NCBI GenBank assembly: GCA_002390205.1
Contig: DGOV01000019.1
Location: forward strand, 11,802 to 75,801
Reading direction: 5' to 3'
Length of the DNA: 64,000 bases
Source: Proteobacteria bacterium UBA4457
GTDB lineage: Bacteria; Pseudomonadota; Gammaproteobacteria; Ga0077536
Position 1 is the first letter of the stretch. The number at the start of each line of letters is the position of its first letter. Positions 1-10,646 of this stretch are shown in pieces. The notes below the pieces were generated by a model that did no database searches, was not told the origin of the DNA, and saw only the letters and a list, made by a program, of their open reading frames with translations. The position numbers and the translations under genes are program-made.

Positions 1-2370
1 GCTAAGCTTGGTTGGGATGACATAGTTGTTCTAGAAAGAAAAAAAGTAAGCTCTGGCACAACTTGGCATGCGGCTGGACTTGTTACGACACTTCGTGACA
101 CGGAGAGTCAAACCCGTCTTGCTCAATATTCTTTAAAATTATATGAAGATCTAGAAGAAGAGACGGGGCAAGCTACTGGATTCATTAAATGTGGTTCGAT
201 ACAGCTAGCTATGACTAAAGACAAGGTTGAAGAAATGCGGCGTGGATGTGCTTTGGCGCGAACATTCGGTGTAGAAAGTGAAGAAATTTCCCCTCAACAA
301 GTCCAAGATCTATTTCCTTTAACTTATGTAGATGATCTGCTCGCAGGGTTTTACTTTCCTAACGATGGTCGAGTAAATCCTGCTGATGTCGCTCAGGCAC
401 TCGCAAAAGGTGCAAGACAACAAGGTGTACGTATTTTTGAAGACACGTTAGTTAAAGAACTCATCATGGAAAATGATCGAGCCGTTGGTGTAATTACAGA
501 CCAAGGCGAAATGAGAGCAGAAGTCGTTGTAATGTGCCCAGGTATGTGGGGAAGAGAATTCGGGTTAATTAATGGAATAGATATACCTTTGCAAGCCGCG
601 GAACACTATTACTTGATTTCAGAACCGATAAAAGAAGTACACAATCAACTTCCTATATTGAGAGATCCTGGTCGAGGCATCTACGCGAGAGAGGAAGCGG
701 GAAAAATTTTGTTGGGTTTTTTTGAACCAGTGGCATCACCTTGGGGCACTGAGGGCATCCCTGAAAATTTTTGCTTTGATGAAATTGACCCTGACTGGGA
801 TCGTATGCTGCCTCATATTGAAACAGGGATGCAGCGCCTTCCTATTCTTAACGATACGGGAATTCGACAATTTTTTTGTGGTCCCGAGTCATTTACTCCT
901 GATCATAACTACCTCATGGGAAAAGCTCCTTACATTAAACAGCTATTTATAGCCTGTGGATTTAATTCCCTAGGAATATTGTCAGGTGGTGGGGCTGGTA
1001 ATGTCATGGCTCAATGGATCAACGACGGTGTTCAGCCAATGGATATTTGGGATGTCGATATCCGACGGATGCAACCTTGCCAAAACAACACAGCATTTAT
1101 AGTCGATCGCACTAGCGAGTCTCTCGGTATCGCCTATAAAATGCATTGGCCTAACCGGCAATGGGAAACTGGGCGCAATATGAAAAAGTCAGTTTTACAC
1201 GAACGTTTAGAGAAAGTCGGAGCTTGTTTTGGCGAGTCTGCTGGATGGGAGCGACCCAATTGGTACGCGCTACCTGGAGAGGAAGCGCAGTATAAGTACG
1301 ATTTTGGAAAACAAAATTGGTTTAATAATAATGCCGTAGAGCATCAAGCTGTAAGAACTGCTGTAGGAATCTTTGACCAATCTTCCTTCCAGAAAATATT
1401 AGTTCAAGGGAAAGATGCTGAAAAGACACTAAATTTTATCGCGACGGCGAGTATGTCAGTCAAAGCTGGAACAGTTGTTTACACTCAGTTCTTAAATCAA
1501 ACAGGCGGAGTTGAAGCTGATTTAACAGTCACTAGAATAGAAAAAGATAAATATCTGATTGTAACAGCGGCATTTACTGCGACCCACGTGAAAGCATGGA
1601 TACATGAGCACATACCAGATGATGCACATTGTATAATCACTGATATAACCAGTTCATACGCGATGCTCAACATACAAGGGCCTCAAGCACGGTCATTAAT
1701 GGCAAGTATTTCATCTACTGACTTCTCCTCCAGTAGCTTTCCGTTTGGAACAATGCAATCCATAGAAATCGGCTACCAGAGTGCTATGGCTGTGAGGATT
1801 TCATATACCGGAGAACTTGGTTGGGAACTTTATATTCCAACCGAAATGGCTCTCATGGTGTATGACAAGATAGTTGAAGAAGGAGCTCAGTATGGACTCA
1901 AGCACTGTGGTTATCATACTCTTAATTCTTTGCGAATCGAAAAAGGGTATCGCGAGTGGGCTCACGATATGAGCCCGAGAGATACGTTAATTGAGTGCGG
2001 GCTGTCGTTTACATGCGACTGGGATAAGCCTGCAGGCTTCATTGGACGAGAAGCCTTGCTCGCCCAGCGTGAGAGAGGGCCAGTTAATAAGCGACTGGTA
2101 CAGTTCTTACTAGAAGATAATGGGCCGGTACTCTCCCATAATGAATCAATCTTACGCAATGGGGAGAGGATCGGATACACGGCTTCCTCGGCATATGCGC
2201 ACACTTTAGGATCGTGCGCTTCTATGGGCTACCTGCAACATTCAGAGGGAATAACTAGCGAATTCTTGTCGACGGGAGTGTTTGAAATCGAGCAAGCTGA
2301 TAGATTGTATAAGGCTAAGGCTTCACTGACGCCAATGTACGATCCGAAAAGCATACGGACAAGGAGTTAG
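1..2370 (+). CDS. GcvT-family FAD-dependent amine dehydrogenase (sarcosine/dimethylglycine dehydrogenase-like), 5' truncated by window edge
   Basis: Frame is open from base 1 (AKLGWDDIVVLERKKVSSGTTWHAAGL, with the flavinylation-type TWHAAG motif). Also GPESFTPD, GWERPNW, and an aminomethyltransferase C-terminus (SYTGELGWEL, LRIEKGY). Confidence 0.9.
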   Translation, partial: AKLGWDDIVVLERKKVSSGTTWHAAGLVTTLRDTESQTRLAQYSLKLYEDLEEETGQATGFIKCGSIQLAMTKDKVEEMRRGCALARTFGVESEEISPQQVQDLFPLTYVDDLLAGFYFPNDGRVNPADVAQALAKGARQQGVRIFEDTLVKELIMENDRAVGVITDQGEMRAEVVVMCPGMWGREFGLINGIDIPLQAAEHYYLISEPIKEVHNQLPILRDPGRGIYAREEAGKILLGFFEPVASPWGTEGIPENFCFDEIDPDWDRMLPHIETGMQRLPILNDTGIRQFFCGPESFTPDHNYLMGKAPYIKQLFIACGFNSLGILSGGGAGNVMAQWINDGVQPMDIWDVDIRRMQPCQNNTAFIVDRTSESLGIAYKMHWPNRQWETGRNMKKSVLHERLEKVGACFGESAGWERPNWYALPGEEAQYKYDFGKQNWFNNNAVEHQAVRTAVGIFDQSSFQKILVQGKDAEKTLNFIATASMSVKAGTVVYTQFLNQTGGVEADLTVTRIEKDKYLIVTAAFTATHVKAWIHEHIPDDAHCIITDITSSYAMLNIQGPQARSLMASISSTDFSSSSFPFGTMQSIEIGYQSAMAVRISYTGELGWELYIPTEMALMVYDKIVEEGAQYGLKHCGYHTLNSLRIEKGYREWAHDMSPRDTLIECGLSFTCDWDKPAGFIGREALLAQRERGPVNKRLVQFLLEDNGPVLSHNESILRNGERIGYTASSAYAHTLGSCASMGYLQHSEGITSEFLSTGVFEIEQADRLYKAKASLTPMYDPKSIRTRS

Positions 2371-2580
2371 TCTTCTGATGCCGCTACTCAATCAAGTAAG
2401 GTTATTCTTAGCGATTCGATAAACACTTTCTGTCTAAGTCGAGATTAGAGATAGAACGTTTGTTTTATCTGTGCTAATTTGGTGTTTTGATCTAGCTGTT
2501 GTATTGCTACGTACCTACTTTCTAAAGAACAACTTTCTGGACGTTACTGTAACTTCACTGAGACCAAGGGGAACTTCCAC

Positions 2581-3960
2581 ATGCACATCAGGAAATATAC
2601 GCCAGACTATAGTCGACGAAAGTTTATAGAGAAGACAGCAAAAAGTGTGCTTGGAGCAGGCGTGCTTTCGCCAGTTTGGTCGTCTGCTGCAGAGAATGGC
2701 GATTTTTCGGCATCATATCCTGAAGAGCTATTGTCTATTGAGGAATATACACGTGGAGGACTGAAGCCTGGGGATACTATCGATGCTAATAACGTAGATA
2801 CTGTTCAGGATCTTTTGGATCCGGTTCGCTTCATGCAAATAAAACAGCAAGGCAGGAAGTTAGAATTAGTGAAGGCGACAACGGACATCACCAAGCTCAG
2901 TCCTGTTGAATATGTCGAAGCGACCATGCGGCATAAAGGAATGGCATCGTTTAATGCCGATGGAAATGTTGTCGTAAATGGTGATCAGCCTTGGGTAGGG
3001 GGAAATCCTTTTCCTGAACCTACGACTGCGATGGAGTTATTTGCGGCAGTTACCTTAACGTGGGGTAGGCATGATGTCTCTTTCTATCCGGTTAAGACCT
3101 TTGAACAGAATTCTGATGGACATATTGGCTATAAATATGAGTTGGTTTGGTGTGAATTTGCGCCTACGGGAAGGATTAGTGTCGAGCCGATGCCATATTG
3201 GCCGGGACACGAAGATAAACTGCGCTACCAGTCAGTTCTTTTTACGGTACCTCAAGATTACAAAGGGACCTCTTTTCTTAACATTTGGGACTACGACCAA
3301 AGGAAGTTCCCTAAGTTATATGGATACCTCCCACAGTTCAAAAGAGTTCGGAAATTTCCGACTAGTCAAAGATTTGAACCTCTATTGCCAGGGTCTAATT
3401 TGTATTTTTCTGACGTCTGGGCAGCAGGAGATCCATATCTCACCTGGGGTAATTTTAAGGTAATCGCGCGCGGACCATTTTTAGCTGGTTTGACTGAAAA
3501 TTGGGATTCCAGCGACCCTAACTGGGAAGGCAAGACACATGGTGGCCCCAAAGACGATACGTTTTGGGATACAAAAGTTGAGCTCGTCCCAGAGGTCATC
3601 ATCTGTGAGGCAGAGCCCACGGGGTATCCTCGCGCTCCTATCAGTAAAAAGAGAGTATGGTTCGATGCTCGGACGAGTCTGCCTCTTTGTATGGTCACTT
3701 ATGATAGAAAAGGAGAGATGTTTAAATCATTTGATGGTGCTTTTTCTGTTTATGAGAACAAGGGGAAAAAAATTATGGATGGGGCTAACCCGTATTGGTC
3801 CTGGACCCATGTTCATGCCCATAATGTACAAAGTAACCATATGACTCGCCTAAAACAGGTTGCAGAAATCGCCGGTGGTTGGAAATGGTCTGTCAATCAG
3901 GACCTTAGGATCTATGATGAATTTCTGACTAAGGCTGCATTGCGTCGATTAGGGACATAA
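2581..3960 (+). CDS. DUF1329-like exported protein with twin-arginine signal peptide
   Basis: SRRKFIEK followed by a hydrophobic stretch; G.PFPEP and YLPQFKRVRK segments typical of DUF1329; GGGGA RBS. Confidence 0.7.
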   Translation: MHIRKYTPDYSRRKFIEKTAKSVLGAGVLSPVWSSAAENGDFSASYPEELLSIEEYTRGGLKPGDTIDANNVDTVQDLLDPVRFMQIKQQGRKLELVKATTDITKLSPVEYVEATMRHKGMASFNADGNVVVNGDQPWVGGNPFPEPTTAMELFAAVTLTWGRHDVSFYPVKTFEQNSDGHIGYKYELVWCEFAPTGRISVEPMPYWPGHEDKLRYQSVLFTVPQDYKGTSFLNIWDYDQRKFPKLYGYLPQFKRVRKFPTSQRFEPLLPGSNLYFSDVWAAGDPYLTWGNFKVIARGPFLAGLTENWDSSDPNWEGKTHGGPKDDTFWDTKVELVPEVIICEAEPTGYPRAPISKKRVWFDARTSLPLCMVTYDRKGEMFKSFDGAFSVYENKGKKIMDGANPYWSWTHVHAHNVQSNHMTRLKQVAEIAGGWKWSVNQDLRIYDEFLTKAALRRLGT

Positions 3961-3976
3961 TTTAGGATACCTATAA

Positions 3977-5878
3977 TCACGAGTTTGCCTCCAGCTCTAG
4001 CCATCGGCCAGTTGCTGTTTCTAAATCTAACTTGTGTTTTTCGAGCTCTTTAAGGGTAGGTTCTACTGCCTCGTATGCTTGGGTATAAAAGTCTGGGGAT
4101 GCAACTTTATTCTCCAAATTTGAGATTGATTTTTCTAGAGACTCGATTGTTTCGGGGAGTTGCTCTAATTCTCGTTGCAAGTTAAAGCTAAGTTTCTTTT
4201 TTGAAATGATTGTTTTTGGCCTGACAACAGAGTCTTCGTCGGCAGTCGGTCTAGAAAATTTCGTAACGGCAATAGTGTCTGTAGCCGCTAGTTTCTTCCC
4301 TTTACCATACCAGTCTGAGTAACCTCCAGGATAGCTTCTCAATTCTCCAGTAGACTCAAAAACTAATGTGCTTGTTACAACATTGTCTAAGAAGACACGG
4401 TCATGACTGACAACAATAAGAGTTCCTTCATAGTCTATTAGTTGTTGTTCGAGGACTTCCAGAGTCTCCACGTCCAGATCATTAGTAGGCTCGTCTAAAA
4501 CCAGTAGATTAGTTGCTCTAGACAGGAGTTTTGCTAGTATCACACGATTACACTCACCTCCTGATAAGTACCCTACAGGGGTCAAAGCTCTTTTAGGAGA
4601 AAACAAAAAACCTTTCAAATAACCGATCACATGTCGTTCTTTTCCGTTGACTGTAATGTGTTCCTTACCTTCTCCGACAATATCGACGACGCTCAACTTA
4701 GGGTCAAGCTTTTGTCTTAATTGATCAAAATATCCTATTTTAAGATTCTCACCTCTCTTTAGAGTCCCCGCTTGAGGTTCAAGTTCTCCAAGCAATATCT
4801 TTATTAGTGTACTTTTTCCTACTCCGTTATTGCCTATAAGTCCGACTCTGTCTCCGCGCATTATTTTCAGCGAGAGCGCATCGATTATTTTCAGATCGCC
4901 ATATGAGTAGTGTAAGTTTTTAGCTTGCAGGACACGTCTACTAGATTTCTCAGAGTCTTGGAGAATTATTCGAGCTTTCCCTTCACGTTTGATGCGTTCT
5001 GTATACTCTTTTCTGAGCTTCTCGAGAGCACGGACTCTTCCTTCATTCCTCGTTCTTCGGGCTTTAATTCCCTGTCGAATCCATTTCTCCTCTTCCTCAA
5101 GCTTTTTATCGAAGAGTGAGTTTTGGCGATCTTCTTCGTCTAAACTTTGTTCTTTGTGCCTTACATATTGAGCGTAATCTCCAGGCCAGCTTTTCAGTTG
5201 TCCTCGATCAATATCTACAATACGCGTTGCTAAAGATCTCAGGAATGAGCGATCATGCGTTATGAATATGACACTTCCGGTATATGCTTTAATTCGAAGT
5301 TCCAACCATTCAATGGCTTCAAGGTCCAAATGGTTTGTGGGCTCGTCAAGTAATAAAACATCTGGCTTACTTACAAGCGTGCGAGCCAAAGCTACTCTTC
5401 TTCTCCACCCCCCCGAAAGTTCACTAAGCGTTTTGGTGGCAGGGAGCTCGAGTTGGTCAATTACGCTATCGACTTGATTATTGATATCCCAACCACCGTG
5501 AGCATCTAATTGACGCTGCAGTTGATCGAGTTCGTGCATCCCTTCACTGCTTATCTCTTGACTGGTCAGAGATTCATATCTTTCTAAGAGCGCTTTTTGT
5601 TCCTGCAGTCCTTCTGCCACAAAGTCGAAAACGCTGATATTTGTCTGCATAGGAAGCGTTTGGTCTAGTTGTGCAATTTTAAGATTATCACGCTTTCTTA
5701 TTTCGCCCGAGTCAAGTTCTTGACCTCCTGAGATTAGACGAAATAGCGTGGACTTGCCTGCACCATTGCGGCCGATGACACAGACCCTTTCATTGGGCTC
5801 AAGGACGAAGTTGGCCTCGCGAAAAATAATTTGATCACCAAAAGCAAGGTTGACCCCGTGGAAAGTAAGAAGCGACAT
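3977..5878 (-). CDS. uup: ABC-F ATPase Uup
   Basis: Two ABC cassettes (GRNGAGKS/LSGGW/LDEPTN; GNNGVGKS/LSGGE), linker WIRQGIKARRTRNEGRVRAL, C-terminal coiled coil KKLSFNLQREL. Confidence 0.93.
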   Translation of the reverse strand: MSLLTFHGVNLAFGDQIIFREANFVLEPNERVCVIGRNGAGKSTLFRLISGGQELDSGEIRKRDNLKIAQLDQTLPMQTNISVFDFVAEGLQEQKALLERYESLTSQEISSEGMHELDQLQRQLDAHGGWDINNQVDSVIDQLELPATKTLSELSGGWRRRVALARTLVSKPDVLLLDEPTNHLDLEAIEWLELRIKAYTGSVIFITHDRSFLRSLATRIVDIDRGQLKSWPGDYAQYVRHKEQSLDEEDRQNSLFDKKLEEEEKWIRQGIKARRTRNEGRVRALEKLRKEYTERIKREGKARIILQDSEKSSRRVLQAKNLHYSYGDLKIIDALSLKIMRGDRVGLIGNNGVGKSTLIKILLGELEPQAGTLKRGENLKIGYFDQLRQKLDPKLSVVDIVGEGKEHITVNGKERHVIGYLKGFLFSPKRALTPVGYLSGGECNRVILAKLLSRATNLLVLDEPTNDLDVETLEVLEQQLIDYEGTLIVVSHDRVFLDNVVTSTLVFESTGELRSYPGGYSDWYGKGKKLAATDTIAVTKFSRPTADEDSVVRPKTIISKKKLSFNLQRELEQLPETIESLEKSISNLENKVASPDFYTQAYEAVEPTLKELEKHKLDLETATGRWLELEANS

Positions 5879-5954
5879 ATCATTTTCTCATTAGAAGGCG
5901 TAGAGCATTGCCTGACCGTGAAAGGTCAAACCAAGGTGGATCCCTATTTAATTA

Positions 5955-6248
5955 CTAAACCTCATCCCCGTCAAAAAATACTTTTTTCCATCGTTTCACT
6001 TCGACGTGACTGAATAAGCCGACTTTAGTATATGGATCATTTTTGATTAACTCTTCTGCCTCACTAAGTTTCTCTGTATTGAAAACAATCATCGCACCGC
6101 CTGCCAGAGATCCATCTTCTGTGAGGAATGCACCTCCAGCTAATACTTGATCCTTAAAGGGCCTTAAATACTCCAGATGGGAGGCTCGGGTCGCTAATCG
6201 AAGTTCTAAGCTATCAGGCTTATCATGAGTCAAAATAACGTAGGGCAT
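5955..6248 (-). CDS. yciI: YciI family protein
   Basis: R..HLEYL and DPY..GLF motifs, 97 aa. Confidence 0.85.
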   Translation of the reverse strand: MPYVILTHDKPDSLELRLATRASHLEYLRPFKDQVLAGGAFLTEDGSLAGGAMIVFNTEKLSEAEELIKNDPYTKVGLFSHVEVKRWKKVFFDGDEV

Positions 6249-6279
6249 TTCGAGACTTCCTTAATTTCGTAGGTGTGAT

Positions 6280-6849
6280 TTAGTCGGTTAAAAGATATGC
6301 TTTAGTGATCATGATTTGTTCTACAGGCACATTTTCCATTCCGTTCTTAGTCGCTGTTTTTGCTGCAGCGATCGCATCCACGACGTCAATACCTTTTGTC
6401 ACGCGTCCGAATACAGCATATCCCCAGCCTCTAGAATTCTTGGCCGTATGATTTAAGAAAGCATTGTCTTTCAGATTTATAAAGAATTGCCCGGTAGCAC
6501 TGTGTGGGTTAGAGGTTCTGGCCATCGCAAGAGTTCCACGCTGATTAGCTAGACCATTGTCAGCCTCGTTGATTATAGGCTTGTCTGTCTTTTTGAAAGC
6601 GAGATCAGATGTAAAGCCTCCTCCTTGAATCATAAAATCAGGAATGACTCTGTGGAAAACAGTTTCATCGTAAAATTCAGTCTGCACATAGGCTTTGAAG
6701 TTTTTAACAGATATGGGTGCTTTATTTGCGAAAAGTATTATTTCAATGTCACCTTTAGTTGTCTCCAAACGCACACGATCAGTTTCTTCGTTAGCAGAAA
6801 GAGGACTGATTAGTGCTAATAAGTAGGCGAGTAAAGCGATTTTCCCCAT
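6280..6849 (-). CDS. ppiA: Periplasmic cyclophilin-type peptidyl-prolyl isomerase
   Basis: Signal peptide; FHRVIPDFMIQGGG, GTLAMART, QFFIN. Confidence 0.92.
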   Translation of the reverse strand: MGKIALLAYLLALISPLSANEETDRVRLETTKGDIEIILFANKAPISVKNFKAYVQTEFYDETVFHRVIPDFMIQGGGFTSDLAFKKTDKPIINEADNGLANQRGTLAMARTSNPHSATGQFFINLKDNAFLNHTAKNSRGWGYAVFGRVTKGIDVVDAIAAAKTATKNGMENVPVEQIMITKAYLLTD

Positions 6850-6908
6850 TTAGGTTCTCCTGTTAATAATTTAACTTAAGGCCGTGATATGCTTATTTTT
6901 CCGTTTAT

Positions 6909-7682
6909 TTAACGCTCTTCTCGAGTAAAGACTAAATCACCTGTACTGGATAAGTTTTCGTTATAAACATAGCCTTCAGAGCAAAAGCCCTTAAGCTCTT
7001 CCGGCTTTTGTATTTGATTTTGAATTATATACCGAGCCATGAGACCGCGTGCTCTTTTTGCATAGAAGCTAATTATTTTATAATTTCCATTTTTTCGGTC
7101 CTTGAACACTGGGGCGATAATCTCTGGCTCTAGTTGTTTCTTGTCTATCACATTAAAGTATTCGTTAGAGGCAAGGTTGACTAAGTATTTGGTTTTTATC
7201 TGCTTTGCTTGCTCATTGAGATTGAGTGTTGGTTTCTCTCCCCAGAACTGATATAAATTTTTTCCGTTAGGCGTCTCGAGATTAGTCCCCATCTCTAACC
7301 GATATGGTTGCATGGAATCTAAAGGTCTGAGTATTCCGTAAAGTCCAGATAGGATACGCAAATGCTCTTGAGCGAACACCATGCTCTTTTCACTAAGTGA
7401 CTTAGCATTTAATCCTGAATATACATCGCCCATAAACGCTAAGACTGCTTGTCTAGCATTTTCCGGGCCAGGCGTAGAGCTCCATGAGTGATATCGACGG
7501 TAGTTAAGCTCTCCAAGATTGTCGCTTATTTTCATTAAATTACTGATTTGTGAGGCTGATTTCTTTTTGAGTATTTCTATTAGCTTGTCACTATAACTGT
7601 GAAAATGAGCAGAAGTCGATTTCTTGAATGACAAAGGAGAGTCATAATCAAGTGTCTTCGCTGGAGAAATCACTATCAACAT
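6909..7682 (-). CDS. yaaA: Peroxide stress protein YaaA
   Basis: MLIVISPAKTLD, ILSGLYGILRPLD, YRLEMG, NLASNEY, AKRARGLM. Confidence 0.95.
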   Translation of the reverse strand: MLIVISPAKTLDYDSPLSFKKSTSAHFHSYSDKLIEILKKKSASQISNLMKISDNLGELNYRRYHSWSSTPGPENARQAVLAFMGDVYSGLNAKSLSEKSMVFAQEHLRILSGLYGILRPLDSMQPYRLEMGTNLETPNGKNLYQFWGEKPTLNLNEQAKQIKTKYLVNLASNEYFNVIDKKQLEPEIIAPVFKDRKNGNYKIISFYAKRARGLMARYIIQNQIQKPEELKGFCSEGYVYNENLSSTGDLVFTREER

Positions 7683-7768
7683 ATCATCAGTCCTTTAAGA
7701 TTTTCTCTGTATAGCTTTAGATTATGGTACACACAGATAATTACAAAAGAGTTTGCATGTGAGAAAGT

Positions 7769-9148
7769 CTACCACTGTGGGGGGATCATAAACATGGCTA
7801 CGGAAGTTACCATGAAGCACACAACAGCAACTAAAAATGTATACCCTACAACATCACCAAATCGCATCCGAGTTACCGCTAGTATTGGAATAGCAAAAAA
7901 CGGTTGGATGAGATTAGTAACAGAATCCCCATAGGCATAAGCGAGCGTAGTTGTGACAACAGAAACGTTAAGGAGCTCGCCTGCCGGTATCAGGAAAGGG
8001 GCTTCAATCATCCATTTAGAGCCAGCGGAAGGGACAAACAGATTCATGAGTCCAGAGTATACGTAGACGACCCATGGATAAGTTGCTGTTGTGGCAATGT
8101 TTGAGAAAAAGCTTCCAAGCCACTCACCCAGATCAGTGTTCTGCATTAATCCAAAAATGCCGGCGTAGAACGGGAATTGCACCACAATACCCCAGGCGCT
8201 GTCGACACCGTTACGACAAGCTCGCAGAAAAGATGGTGCTCTACCATGCAATAATAATGCGATGACTAGGAATGTGATGTTATACGCGTTTATAGTCCAG
8301 CTAGTGCCGAAACCTTTAGTTACTATCGAATAGCCGAGTGGATAGGCTAACAAGACTACCGCAAGTAATATCCAACCTCTGAATTGATCGATGTATTCAG
8401 CAGGAGTCCTAGGAGGACCATCTTCTATAGGTGGAGTGGGCAGGATTTTTTCTATTTCTTCTGTACTAAGCGTGCGGGCGCCTGAACGAGGATGCAGTAA
8501 GCAAGTAGTAGCTAGAGCTACTGCTCCAAGGATGCAGATAAAAACAAGGTTAAAATTGTTGTAGAGGGTTTCAGTCACAGGGTACAGCCGTTCTACGATA
8601 GGTGCTCCACTTGATGGATTTATTAGCGGGTTACCTGGGGTAGCTAAAATCAAAGGAGCAGAGCCGGATAGACCACCATGCCAAACTGTACCTATCCCTA
8701 AATAGGAGGCGCATATAAGAAGTCGTACATCCACGTTCGGATTACGACGAAGTATAAACGGGGTAAACAGCGCGCAAGAAACCAAGCATACAGCCCAGTT
8801 AAGGTAACCCATTACAAGAGAAAACATACCGGCAAGAACAAGAGCTTGAACGGGTTTAGATGGGTTTGGAAGCGATGCCAGCCAATTAAAAAAACGGTAA
8901 ATGGGAGGCGATGCGGCACACGCATGCGCTGCTACCATGGCGATAGTGAACTGCATTGCCAGTCCTAAGAGGCTCCAGACTCCATCTCCCCAAGCAAGGA
9001 CAGTTTCTTCTACGGTCGCACCTGCTCCAAAGATACAAAGTAAAATTGCCACTGCTGTAAGCATCATCGAGATAACCCAAGCGTCGGGTACCCATCGTTC
9101 TGTTACGTCTGACAGTCCTGCACCAAAGCGACGAAATTGTTCGATCAT
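7769..9148 (-). CDS. Short-chain fatty acid transporter, AtoE family
   Basis: ERWVPD, WHGGLSGSAPL, QFPFYAGIFG, NLFVPSAGSKW, TNLIQPFFAIP; many transmembrane segments. Confidence 0.85.
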   Translation of the reverse strand: MIEQFRRFGAGLSDVTERWVPDAWVISMMLTAVAILLCIFGAGATVEETVLAWGDGVWSLLGLAMQFTIAMVAAHACAASPPIYRFFNWLASLPNPSKPVQALVLAGMFSLVMGYLNWAVCLVSCALFTPFILRRNPNVDVRLLICASYLGIGTVWHGGLSGSAPLILATPGNPLINPSSGAPIVERLYPVTETLYNNFNLVFICILGAVALATTCLLHPRSGARTLSTEEIEKILPTPPIEDGPPRTPAEYIDQFRGWILLAVVLLAYPLGYSIVTKGFGTSWTINAYNITFLVIALLLHGRAPSFLRACRNGVDSAWGIVVQFPFYAGIFGLMQNTDLGEWLGSFFSNIATTATYPWVVYVYSGLMNLFVPSAGSKWMIEAPFLIPAGELLNVSVVTTTLAYAYGDSVTNLIQPFFAIPILAVTRMRFGDVVGYTFLVAVVCFMVTSVAMFMIPPQW

Positions 9149-9302
9149 GCTAGCCTCTGAAAGTATATGGTATGGTTCATTATTCTACATTATCTAAGGC
9201 ATCGTAACCTGTGATAACCCGCATGCGTTATTTTACTAAATTAATTGAGAGGGCGACAGCTCGGACAGGATTATCTGCGGCCCTCGAATTCTTTCCAAAA
9301 AG

Positions 9303-9785
9303 ATGGGATATATGAATTTATCTGATAGCCTCATTCACCAGTTACTAGATAAAATGCCTGTTGCACGATTTGCGGTTACGCGATCCGATGGGAGAGCTGA
9401 GGCTATGCCGATTGTCTTTTCGAGGGTCGGGAACCAGATTTTTTCACCCATTGATGGAAAGCCAAAGAAAACGGCGGATCTTGAACGTTTGAGGCATGTC
9501 GGTAAAACCCCAGAGTCAACGCTTCTTTTGGACTCTTATCAGAAAGACTGGTCCAAACTCTGGTGGTTGCGGTTGGATGTGAGGGCAGGGGTGTGCACGA
9601 GCTCTCACGGTGACTGGTGTGAGGCAGTTGACAGGCTTAGAGAGAAGTATCCTCAGTATCGCTCTATCCCACTTTTCAAAGGCACTCCTACCATGATTGT
9701 GATGAATTGGAATCGTGCCCATTCTTGGGCATTTAATGGGATAGATGGCATCCGGTCTTGGCTTAGTGACACAGCAGAACAATAG
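9303..9785 (+). CDS. PPOX-class (split-barrel) putative F420-dependent oxidoreductase, Rv0121-like
   Basis: IDGKPK..LERLRHV..LLLDSY..DWSKLWWLR..LREKYPQY pattern. Confidence 0.75.
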   Translation: MGYMNLSDSLIHQLLDKMPVARFAVTRSDGRAEAMPIVFSRVGNQIFSPIDGKPKKTADLERLRHVGKTPESTLLLDSYQKDWSKLWWLRLDVRAGVCTSSHGDWCEAVDRLREKYPQYRSIPLFKGTPTMIVMNWNRAHSWAFNGIDGIRSWLSDTAEQ

Positions 9786-9796
9786 AGAGGCTTATT

Positions 9797-10642
9797 TCAT
9801 TTATTAATGGCGTCTCGCAGTTTTTTGATCTCGTCTAAAATAGGTATTAAGTTTCCACTTTGCTCAGGTGGGATCAAGAAAATAAAGCCTGCGCAACCTC
9901 GTGTTGCATAATCTTGAAGTATAAGCTGATCCCTAGGTGCTCCAAATAATAATGTGGTTATTTCAGATGGGTCTCGGCCTGCTTTTTCGCACGCAGCTTT
10001 AATATCGACTAGAGGATCGCCCTCATATTTTTCATAGATAGGCATCCAGCCGTCTGCGTAGTCGACCACTCTTGCAGGAACTTTGCTAGAATTTGAACCT
10101 ATATAAATAGGTGGACCCCCTTTCTGGAATGGTTTTGGCATCATAGTTAGCGGTTTGAAATCGACATAATCTCCATGGAACTCAGTTGGATCGGTTTGCC
10201 AAAGAGCACGAATTGCCAATGCGCGCTCTCTAACAACTGCCCATCTTTCTCGGAACGGGCAACCATGATTCTCTATTGCTTCTTTGATCCACCCGCCAGC
10301 AATTCCAAAAATTACCCTGCCTTGTGAAATGTGATCTAGAGTAGCTATAGATTTTGCGGTTATGATCGGGTCTCGCTCGGTTAAAAGACAGACTCCCGTG
10401 CCTAGTTGAATGTGAGTGGTAACCGCGGCACAAGCTGCTAGCGCAGTTATTGAATCATGCATCCTGGCAAATGGTTGAACCATCTCTGGTCGATGGTACG
10501 AATTCTTGCGATGCACTACAGGAACGTGACTGTTTTCGGCAAAAAACAGCATATCTAGCCCTTTTGACTCGACTGTTTGAGCTATCTCGACTGCTGGAGG
10601 AATTAGATCCGTAGGTAACACGCAAATCCCAAAGCGTACCAT
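9797..10642 (-). CDS. LLM-class putative F420-dependent oxidoreductase (Rv2161c-like)
   Basis: AENSHVP, LGTGVCL..RDPIITAKSIATLDHISQGR, PKPFQKGGPPIYIG, ADGWMP. Confidence 0.8.
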   Translation of the reverse strand: MVRFGICVLPTDLIPPAVEIAQTVESKGLDMLFFAENSHVPVVHRKNSYHRPEMVQPFARMHDSITALAACAAVTTHIQLGTGVCLLTERDPIITAKSIATLDHISQGRVIFGIAGGWIKEAIENHGCPFRERWAVVRERALAIRALWQTDPTEFHGDYVDFKPLTMMPKPFQKGGPPIYIGSNSSKVPARVVDYADGWMPIYEKYEGDPLVDIKAACEKAGRDPSEITTLLFGAPRDQLILQDYATRGCAGFIFLIPPEQSGNLIPILDEIKKLRDAINK

Positions 10643-10646
10643 TGTC

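Noticed and set aside
9249..9285. GAGGGC...GCCCTC stem upstream of the PPOX gene
   Set aside because: 6-bp stem around a large imperfect interior; could be chance
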